Assembly: GCA_021826685.1 (NCBI GenBank)
Contig: JAKAYT010000002.1
Span: forward strand, 27,123-91,122
Reading direction: 5' to 3'
From: Thermoplasmata archaeon
Lineage (GTDB): Archaea > Thermoplasmatota > Thermoplasmata > Lutacidiplasmatales > UBA184
DNA: 64,000 nucleotides
Positions within the stretch are counted from its first letter, which is position 1. The number at the start of each line of letters is the position of its first letter. A program made the position numbers and the translations under genes. The notes beneath the pieces were generated by a model. The model did not search any database. It had not been told where the DNA came from and saw only the letters and a list, made by a program, of their open reading frames with translations. This document shows, piece after piece, positions 57,356 through 64,000 of the stretch.

Positions 57356-58318
57356 ATGTCGACCCCGCGTCCCGCCACCGAAGCTCGCCGGGATGTACTC
57401 GAAGAGCTGACGCACTCCATCCGCGCCCACTTGCTGGAGCGCGGCGAATCCCCGCCGTCCTCGTGGATCGAGGAATCGTCGGAAGACCTCGCGAGGGGGA
57501 GGATGAGGGGGTGGTACCTTGCGGCACCCGGCGGAGAGGGCGAGGGCCTCGGGTTCTACTCGACCCGCCCGCGGGCCGCGTTCGGCCACGTCCATGTCGA
57601 GCCCGGCGAAGGAGCCGTAGCTCGGGCGGCGGCTCTCGTCGAAGCGATCCGTCGCGATCTCTCGCCGAACATCGAGTCGCTGGACATCGGTTTTACGGGA
57701 CTCGATCCGACCGGGGAGCACGCGCTGGCGGACCTACTCCACCACCCTCCCGAACGGACCATGCTGAAGCGGTGGGCGATGGAGCGGGCGATCGTACCCG
57801 AGGACATCGCGCCGATCGCGGACGCTCCTTCGGGGATCCGTATGTACCCGATCCGCTCCCTCCCAAGGGAGGCGCTGGTGGAACTCGACGTGCGCGCGTT
57901 CCGGAACACGGTCGATGCCCAGCTCATCGGTACGGATCGCACGGAGTACGGCCGGATGCTCGACGAGCTGATCGAGGGTCGGCTCGGCCGCTTCCTCGAT
58001 GAGGCGTCCACCGCGCTCGTCGATGCCTCGACGAGCGAGCTCGAAGCGGCATTGTTGACGTCGGAGCAGACCCCTCGGATGGCGATCTACCTCGATGTAA
58101 TGGTCGAACCGAGCCATCGTCGCCGTGGACTGGGCCGTTATCTCGTGCGATGGGGGTTCCGGGCCCTCGCGGCGCTCGGGTACTCGACCGTCCGGCTCTG
58201 GGTCACCTCCGAGAACGAACCGGCCCGCGCGCTCTACCGGGCCACGGGGTTCCGCGAGGTCGCTTCCGCGGTGATTTACCGCGAAGTAAGGCCGCCCGGA
58301 CAACCGCACTCCGGCTGA
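57356..58318 (+). CDS. GNAT-family acetyltransferase (C-terminal GNAT domain; N-terminal half possibly a second degenerate GNAT)
   Basis: ..VMVEPSHRRRGLGRYLVRWGFRALAALGYSTVRLWVTSENEPARALYRATGF.. Confidence 0.65.
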   Translation: MSTPRPATEARRDVLEELTHSIRAHLLERGESPPSSWIEESSEDLARGRMRGWYLAAPGGEGEGLGFYSTRPRAAFGHVHVEPGEGAVARAAALVEAIRRDLSPNIESLDIGFTGLDPTGEHALADLLHHPPERTMLKRWAMERAIVPEDIAPIADAPSGIRMYPIRSLPREALVELDVRAFRNTVDAQLIGTDRTEYGRMLDELIEGRLGRFLDEASTALVDASTSELEAALLTSEQTPRMAIYLDVMVEPSHRRRGLGRYLVRWGFRALAALGYSTVRLWVTSENEPARALYRATGFREVASAVIYREVRPPGQPHSG

Positions 58319-59697
58319 TACGGACACGAGCGGGCCCGCCAGGCCGGGCACGCGGCGAGGCGCTCGAACCGTCCGTCGCGCCGGGTCGCTTCGAGGGCGA
58401 GGACCCGCTCTCGCCACATCCGCGAGAACGTTCCCAGCGGCTCGAAATGGTATCGCAGGACCTGAAAGGGGATCTGGCCGGTGGGCGCTCTCTCCCAGCC
58501 CAGGACGAGGCGCCCGTTCGGAATCCCCACCGCCGCGCACCGGAATCCAAGTTCGAGGGCATGCTGGGGGGCGGAGCGGGAGATCTCCTCGGGCGAGGGG
58601 CGGACGGAGGCGTGGGTCGTTCGGACCAGCAACGGTTCGCCCTGCCAGCTCTCGATCAGGTCCGGGGCCTGCTCGGTCCGGGGCAGGAGTCGGGCCACCT
58701 CCCCCACCGGACCCGCCTCCAGGACTTCGCGCAGACGGCGGCGGAGTTCGCTCGCAGGGGTCCGAGGGTATCCCTCCGCCCGACCGCGCGTCGCTTCCAT
58801 GTAGGCGAGCCGGGGATACACCAGATCGCGGAACGAAGACACTAGGGGGGCCGGTGCGGCCGGGGATCGATTCCAGGCCGTCTCCCACTGCGCACGGGTC
58901 GGTTCCACCGTGCGGCCCGGAGCGATGCCGGAGATCATCGGGGATCGTTCCTCCTCTTCCGTTCCGGAACAGTCGCACAGCCCGTCGCGCTGGAACTCGC
59001 ACCCGTGGTCGAACCATCGACACGCCGGGAGCGAGGCAGGAGAGCCCTTCTCCAGCGCGTACCGAAAGCGATCGGCTTCGTGCGCGAGCGCTCGGAGACG
59101 GTCGGCGAGGTTGCCCGCGTCGAACTCGCCGACGGAGACCGCGAAAGGGCCCGCGTCCGCTCCCGCCACCAGTGCGAGCCAGCCTCGCGGCCGCTCGCTG
59201 AGGGCGCAGTACGCCACGAGTTGCGCGACCGCCTCCGGCCGGCGTTCGAGCAGCTCTTCCGCGGGCACCGCTCGAGAGGTCGTCTTGAGCTCGATCGGGA
59301 CGTCGAGCAAGGCGTCGATCTGGCCGACGACGCCCGCCCGTGCGATCTGGACCTCGAACGCCGCCGAAGGACCCAGGATCTCGCCGAGAGTGCGATGCAT
59401 ACGGGTCCCCCGCTCGATGGCCGCGGGATGGGCCGGTGCGATGCGGGTGCCTACCTGCGAGCGCCAGTACCCGCGCCGCGGGTCCACGAGGTCCGTCACC
59501 CGGACCGCTGCAGGAGCACCCACGATCGCTGGCCAGCGCTCCGCGAGTTCTGCCTGTGCGCGAGGGAGTGGCGCGATGAAGACAGACCGTGCCCATGCTT
59601 CCCCGGACGGGAGATGGTCAGCCGAGGACGGACCGCTCACAGGAGGCTCTGCGGCCTGCCGAGGGGCCGCCCGCTTATAGGCGGACGGCCGGTCCAC
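58276..59697 (-). CDS. PD-(D/E)xK (RecB/Cas4-like) nuclease with Cys4 cluster, fused to a C-terminal domain of unknown function carrying a second Cys4 cluster
   Basis: ..GVVGQIDALLDVPIELKTT.. (motif II/III, hGxID...ExK), QLVAY (QxxxY), CRWFDHGCEFQRDGLCDC, and C-terminal CPAWRARSCPYQPECGC. Real-protein composition, whereas the overlapping ORF 57734..59596 is R/G/P junk. Start uncertain: ATG 59697 is 5 bp from the divergent nadB ATG. Alternatives are GTG 59640 or ATG 59400. Confidence 0.6.
   Translation of the reverse strand: MDRPSAYKRAAPRQAAEPPVSGPSSADHLPSGEAWARSVFIAPLPRAQAELAERWPAIVGAPAAVRVTDLVDPRRGYWRSQVGTRIAPAHPAAIERGTRMHRTLGEILGPSAAFEVQIARAGVVGQIDALLDVPIELKTTSRAVPAEELLERRPEAVAQLVAYCALSERPRGWLALVAGADAGPFAVSVGEFDAGNLADRLRALAHEADRFRYALEKGSPASLPACRWFDHGCEFQRDGLCDCSGTEEEERSPMISGIAPGRTVEPTRAQWETAWNRSPAAPAPLVSSFRDLVYPRLAYMEATRGRAEGYPRTPASELRRRLREVLEAGPVGEVARLLPRTEQAPDLIESWQGEPLLVRTTHASVRPSPEEISRSAPQHALELGFRCAAVGIPNGRLVLGWERAPTGQIPFQVLRYHFEPLGTFSRMWRERVLALEATRRDGRFERLAACPAWRARSCPYQPECGCPGGLTSR
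59675..59680 (+). promoter_or_regulatory. TTATAG TATA-like box about 25 bp upstream of nadB ATG (leaderless)
   Basis: Read directly. Confidence 0.3.
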
Positions 59698-59702
59698 GGA
59701 CG

Positions 59703-61268
59703 ATGCCTCCTCGCTCTAGGGGCCCCCTGATCATCGGGAGCGGTATCGCGGGACTTTACGTGGCACTACGCCTCCGCGAGCTGGGGGAGAACCCGACGAT
59801 CATCACCAAGGCGCGGTTGGAAGAGTCCAACACGCGCTACGCGCAGGGCGGGATCGCCGCCGCGATCGGTCCGAAGGATTCCCCCCGCCTTCACTTTCGC
59901 GACACGGTCGCCGCAGGTGCCGGTCTCGTGGACTTGCCGGCCGCACGGTTGCTGACGGAGGATGCTCCGCGACGCGTCGCAGAACTGGTGCGGTTCGGGG
60001 TCCGATTCGACACGGTAGAAGGGGTCGTCGCGCTGGGCCGTGAGGCGGCCCATTCCCGCGCCCGGGTCGTCCACGCCGGCGGCGACGCCACCGGGCTCAC
60101 CATCGAGGAGACGCTCCGCGAACGAGTCGTCGAAGCGGGGATCGACGTCCGGGAACGAACCGTCCTGAGGCGCCTGATCCGAGGGCGGACGAAGGGAGCC
60201 CCCACCGTCGTACTCTCCCGTCCCGACGGTGACGGCGTCGAAGAGTCGGACCCGCGGCCGGTCGTCCTCGCGACGGGGGGTGCCGGAGGTCTCTATCGGA
60301 ACAGTTCGAATCCCTCCATCACGACCGGCGAGGGGCTCGCGATCGCGTTCCGAGCGGGGGCTCTCCTCAGCGACATGGAGTTCATCCAGTTCCATCCCAC
60401 GGTTCTCCGACTTCCCGCGGCCCATCCGTTCCTGATCACCGAGGCGCTGCGCGGCGAGGGTGCGGTGTTGCGGAACTCAAAGGGGGAGCGCTTCATGCCG
60501 CGCTACCACCCGCAGGCAGAACTCGCCCCGAGGGACATCGTGAGCCGAGCGATCGTCCGGGAACTGGAGCGAACGAAGGCGAAGACGGTCTTCCTCGACG
60601 CAACGGGTATCCCGCGAGAGCGGCTCTTCGGCCGGTTCCCCACCATCTGCCACTTCCTCGTGACGCACGGCCTCCAGCCGGACCGAGCCCTCATACCGGT
60701 CGTGCCCATGGCGCACTACACCATCGGAGGGGTCCGGACCGACCTGGAAGGACGAACGTCGATCCGCGGCCTCTACGCGTGCGGGGAGGTTGCTTCGACG
60801 GGGGTTCACGGCGCGAACCGACTCGCGAGCAACTCCCTGCTCGAAGGTCTCGTGTTCGGGGAGCGAGTCGTTCTCCAGATCCGCCACCCGCGCGTCGGCG
60901 CCCCGGTTCCGCCCCGACGGACCCTCGCGGTCGCCTGGCCACCCCCGGGTCCGGGCCGCGCGGGACAAAGAGCGTTCGACGAGGTCCGCGACCTTCTGTG
61001 GACCCGGGTGGGGATCGTGAGAGACGCCGCCGGATTGAGCGAGGCCGTGCGGCGGTTCTCGGAGATCGGGGCGGCGTCCGAACCGAACGCGGCTTCGGAG
61101 CTGCCGTCGAGATTGGCCCACGCTTCGCTGACCGCGTACCTCGTGGGATACTCGGCCCTATCCCGGACGGAGAGTCGGGGCGCGCACTATCGGAGCGACT
61201 ACCCGGTTCCGCGCCCGTCGTGGCGCACCCACCTCGGTCTAATCCGTTCCGCCTCGGGCGGCGGATAG
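59703..61268 (+). CDS. nadB: L-aspartate oxidase
   Basis: LIIGSGIAGLYVAL FAD motif; ..RYAQGGIAA..; ..HYTIGGVRTD..; ..ESRGAHYRSDYP.. ATG at 59703 lies within ORF 59589..61268. Confidence 0.85.
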   Translation: MPPRSRGPLIIGSGIAGLYVALRLRELGENPTIITKARLEESNTRYAQGGIAAAIGPKDSPRLHFRDTVAAGAGLVDLPAARLLTEDAPRRVAELVRFGVRFDTVEGVVALGREAAHSRARVVHAGGDATGLTIEETLRERVVEAGIDVRERTVLRRLIRGRTKGAPTVVLSRPDGDGVEESDPRPVVLATGGAGGLYRNSSNPSITTGEGLAIAFRAGALLSDMEFIQFHPTVLRLPAAHPFLITEALRGEGAVLRNSKGERFMPRYHPQAELAPRDIVSRAIVRELERTKAKTVFLDATGIPRERLFGRFPTICHFLVTHGLQPDRALIPVVPMAHYTIGGVRTDLEGRTSIRGLYACGEVASTGVHGANRLASNSLLEGLVFGERVVLQIRHPRVGAPVPPRRTLAVAWPPPGPGRAGQRAFDEVRDLLWTRVGIVRDAAGLSEAVRRFSEIGAASEPNAASELPSRLAHASLTAYLVGYSALSRTESRGAHYRSDYPVPRPSWRTHLGLIRSASGGG

Positions 61269-61308
61269 GACCGCGCACCCCTTATGAGTTCGGCCCGTTC
61301 GTCCTGTC

Positions 61309-62460
61309 ATGGACCTGCGGCTCTCCGACGAGGAGACCCAGATTCGAGACGCGGCGCGCAAGTTCGCCCAGCGGGAAATCCAACCGCTCGCGGACCGAAT
61401 GGACCGCGAGGACTACTTTCCCCGGGACGTCTTCGCGAAGCTCGGAGAGGAGGGGTTCCTCGCGGTCACGCTCCCCGAACGATGGGGCGGGCTGGGGTTG
61501 TCGTACATCGCCCAAGCCCTCGTCCTGGAGGAGATCGCGCGCGTGAGCCCCGCTCTCGCGCTCAGCGTGGGTGCTCACTCCAACCTGATGGCGGACAACC
61601 TGGCTCGTAACGGAACGGATGCGCAGAGGGACCGTTACCTGCCGTCCTTGGCCAGCGGGAAGATGATCGGCGCTCTTGCGCTCACCGAGCCGGACGCCGG
61701 CTCGGACGCTCTGAGCCTGAGAACCGCGGCTCGGAAGGAAGGAGGCGGTTACCGGCTCAGCGGATCGAAACAATTCATCACGAACGGCCCGATCGCCGAC
61801 GTCCTCCTCGTCTACGCCAAGACCGATCCCAAGGCCGGTGCGCGCGGGATCAGTGCGTTCCTCGTGACGAAGGGCTCTAGGGGGTTCACCGTCTCCCGCA
61901 GCCTCGACAAGATGGGGATGCGAGGAAGCCCGACCGGCGAGCTCTCCTTCCAAGATGTGCCCGTGCCGGCCGATCATCTCGTAGGGAGGGAGAACGAGGG
62001 GGTGGCGATCGTCATGAGCGGCCTGAACGTCGAGCGCGCGGTGCTCTCCGGGATCCCCTTGGGGATCATGGAGGAGTGCCTGGCTCGAGCCACGAACTAC
62101 GCCCGAGAGCGGGAGCAGTTCGGCCAGAAGATCGGGCGGTTCGAGCTCATCGCCGCGAAGCTCGCGGACATGTGGACCGACCTGCAGGCAGCGCGCTACC
62201 TGGTGTATTCGGCGCTCACGTCGGTTCAGGGGGACAAGCGCCGCGCCCGGGAAAGCTCGGCCGCGCTGACGTTCTCCAGCGAAGCATCGACCCGCCATGC
62301 GCTCGAGGCGATCCAGATCCTGGGCGGATACGGCTACATGCGAGACACGCCGCTCGAGCGCCTCGCTCGCGATGCCAAGCTGCTCGAGATCGGAGCCGGA
62401 ACGAGTGAGATCCGACGCCTGGTCATCGCTCGGGAGCTTCTCGGCCCGGGATTCGACTGA
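61309..62460 (+). CDS. acyl-CoA dehydrogenase
   Basis: ..ALTEPDAGSDA..; ..GSKQFITNG..; ..QILGGYGYMRDTPLERLARDAKLLEIGAGTSEI.. Confidence 0.85.
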   Translation: MDLRLSDEETQIRDAARKFAQREIQPLADRMDREDYFPRDVFAKLGEEGFLAVTLPERWGGLGLSYIAQALVLEEIARVSPALALSVGAHSNLMADNLARNGTDAQRDRYLPSLASGKMIGALALTEPDAGSDALSLRTAARKEGGGYRLSGSKQFITNGPIADVLLVYAKTDPKAGARGISAFLVTKGSRGFTVSRSLDKMGMRGSPTGELSFQDVPVPADHLVGRENEGVAIVMSGLNVERAVLSGIPLGIMEECLARATNYAREREQFGQKIGRFELIAAKLADMWTDLQAARYLVYSALTSVQGDKRRARESSAALTFSSEASTRHALEAIQILGGYGYMRDTPLERLARDAKLLEIGAGTSEIRRLVIARELLGPGFD

Positions 62461-62470
62461 CGGGAGCCCT

Positions 62471-63214
62471 GTGGTCCGCCTCTCCTCGCGACATCCGCGA
62501 TACCGGAGCCTACGCGTGCGCGCCGAGCTCGCCCAGGCCGTTCGAGAGGGCCTCGTGGTCCCGGAGGGGCTGATCGCGCACGGTCGTGGCGAAGCATTCG
62601 ACTACCTGCTCGGGGAACGGACCACCCCCAGCGCCCGCCGAGCGGAACGCGCCGCCGCCCAATGGCTCTGGAACGCGCGTCGCCCGGTGGTTAGCGTGAA
62701 CGGAAACGTGGCCGCCCTTGCCGCCGACGCGATCGCGGGACTCGCGCGTGCGCGCCCCGGACTGGGAGTGGAGGTCAATCTCTTCCACCGCACCCCCGCC
62801 CGCGCGCGCGCGATCGCGCGGGTGCTCTCCGCCTCGGGGGTGCGGACCGTGCTCGGGGTCCGACCGACGGCGAGGATCCCGAGCCTTCCGTCCGACCGTG
62901 CGTACGTCGATGCCGAAGGGATCTATCGCGCCGACGTCTGTCTGATCCCCCTCGAGGACGGGGACCGCGCGCACGCCCTCCAACGACGAGGCCAGCGCGT
63001 GATCTCCATCGATCTCAACCCGCTCTCTCGGACATCGCGGGTCGCGGACCTTCCCATCATCGACGAGCTCACCCGAGCGCTCGCGGGGATACGATCCGCC
63101 CTCCCAGCGCTCCGGGGGCGGCCGATGGGGAACGGACGGTTCCCGGCCTTCGAGGCCCAGCGGGCGCGGGACGAAGCGCTCAGGGCGATGGCGCAGTGGC
63201 CCCGTCGCCCTTGA
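62471..63214 (+). CDS. probable archaeal phosphopantothenate synthetase (4-phosphopantoate--beta-alanine ligase, DUF137-like)
   Basis: ..LIAHGRGEAFDYLLGE.. and ..VSVNGNVAAL.., ..ISIDLNPLSRT.. recalled as family motifs. GTG at 62471 in frame with ORF 62297..63214. Confidence 0.5.
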   Translation: MVRLSSRHPRYRSLRVRAELAQAVREGLVVPEGLIAHGRGEAFDYLLGERTTPSARRAERAAAQWLWNARRPVVSVNGNVAALAADAIAGLARARPGLGVEVNLFHRTPARARAIARVLSASGVRTVLGVRPTARIPSLPSDRAYVDAEGIYRADVCLIPLEDGDRAHALQRRGQRVISIDLNPLSRTSRVADLPIIDELTRALAGIRSALPALRGRPMGNGRFPAFEAQRARDEALRAMAQWPRRP

Positions 63215-63695
63215 GGGAGCTCGCGACGATCTCCGCGATCGGCCGCGCGAGCGTAGCCGCGGCCCGTTCCAGGAAGCGTTGGTCGCTCGCGTCGTAGACT
63301 CCCACCTCGGTGCCGTCGATATCGATCTCACCGACGACCCGGGCCCCGTCCCGGATAGGTACCACGATCTCGGACCGGGTCTCCCGAAAGCAGGCGAGGT
63401 ACTCTTTCGACTCGCGTACGTCGTCGACGATCACGGTCCGCCCTTCTCGTGCGGCTTGCCCGCATACGCCTCGATCGAGCGGGATCCGGGTGTGCTCCGT
63501 GGCCTGTTCGCCGTCCCAGCCATCGAGTACGAGGGTCGCGCCTTCCAGCCGGTACACCCCGACCCAGCGGTACTGCGGGAACTCGTGCCGGAGGAATCGG
63601 CACGCCTCGCTGAGTGCGGCCGCTCCGTGAAGGCGCGACACGATGGCCTCGAGCTGGAGGAGCGACGGGGTTACCGCCCGCTCTCGGACCGGCAT
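63180..63695 (-). CDS. GAF-domain protein (free methionine-(R)-sulfoxide reductase-like)
   Basis: ..WVGVYRLEG..LVLDGWDG..CGQAAREGRTVIVDDV..EIVVPI.. Confidence 0.65.
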   Translation of the reverse strand: MPVRERAVTPSLLQLEAIVSRLHGAAALSEACRFLRHEFPQYRWVGVYRLEGATLVLDGWDGEQATEHTRIPLDRGVCGQAAREGRTVIVDDVRESKEYLACFRETRSEIVVPIRDGARVVGEIDIDGTEVGVYDASDQRFLERAAATLARPIAEIVASSLKGDGATAPSP

Positions 63696-63897
63696 CGTTC
63701 GACCTCAGGAGGAACCGAGAGGAGGCGCCGAGGGGGAGACTTCCCCCCGGGGCGGAACGACCGCTCCCGGCGTTTGAACTCCCGAGGCGTTTCCGCCACG
63801 AGCTTTCCAGACTCGCGCCGTACCGGACTGAGCCACCTCGGCACGCTCCGCGGGTTCGGACGGGGGCCGCCCGATAAGGTTGGCGCCCGGGAGGGGT

Positions 63898-64000
63898 TCA
63901 CTCGGAGTCCGGGAACCAGCCGCAGGCCGGGCAGCCGATCGACCGACGCTCCCCCGGGATCATGTACCCGCAGTCCGGGCAGGGGGCGGGTTCCGGGCCG
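63898..64000 (-). CDS. C-terminal fragment of a zinc-ribbon protein (continues beyond window end)
   Basis: Minus-strand frame ending at TGA (plus 63898-63900) reads ..GPEPAPCPDCGYMIPGERRSIGCPACGWFPDSE*. Confidence 0.3.
   Translation of the reverse strand, partial: GPEPAPCPDCGYMIPGERRSIGCPACGWFPDSE

Noticed and set aside
1-64000. Mobile elements or prophage: looked for transposase, integrase or recombinase-like ORFs and flanking repeats.
   Set aside because: None seen. The candidate islands (14.7-18.9 kb, 44-49 kb) contain metabolic and membrane genes only, and GC content looks uniform.

Overview
High-GC (~70%) archaeal chromosomal segment. It carries archaeal-specific markers (r-proteins L32e/L19e/S4e/S6e, RNase P Rpp29, Cbf5, PCNA, aIF2-gamma, DUF106, Trm112) and the gene order looks euryarchaeal or Thermoplasmatota-like. 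Content is mostly core metabolism and information processing. From 1 to 10.7 kb a translationally coupled asd, aspartate kinase and trpEGDCFBA chain runs into an M20 amidohydrolase and a cysteine desulfurase. From 11.3 to 14.8 kb there is a TATA box, an XRE-HTH regulator, HMG-CoA synthase, archaeal thiolase and the DUF35 scaffold (mevalonate entry). From 14.8 to 19 kb lies a small island of hypothetical, glycosyltransferase and membrane proteins. From 20.4 to 36.7 kb runs a large r-protein supercluster (L3 through L15, SecY, DUF106, cmk, cbf5) with several unusual low-complexity extensions. Next come an MMPL transporter, a peroxiredoxin, a stand-alone RAM-domain protein, cysS, a bacterial-type thiolase, PCNA, AlaX and a putative glycosylation cluster. 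Further on are MeaB with the B12-binding MCM subunit, a prepilin peptidase divergent from a sequon-rich surface protein, S6e-aIF2gamma-Trm112-signal peptidase I, prs, a two-domain Fe-S PD-(D/E)xK nuclease, nadB, an acyl-CoA dehydrogenase, a phosphopantothenate-synthetase-like gene and a GAF protein. No rRNA, tRNA, CRISPR array, transposase or integrase was found. Many genes have a TATA-like box 23-30 bp upstream of the start codon (leaderless pattern), and start/stop overlaps (ATGA/GTGA) are very common. Many long ORFs in the six-frame track are GC-driven artefacts on the opposite strand or in other frames. The most unusual items are the lineage-specific tails on L24, S5, SecY and signal peptidase, the Cas4-like nuclease with two Cys clusters, a zinc-ribbon/CarboxypepD-like membrane protein, and tandem tiny TM ORFs.
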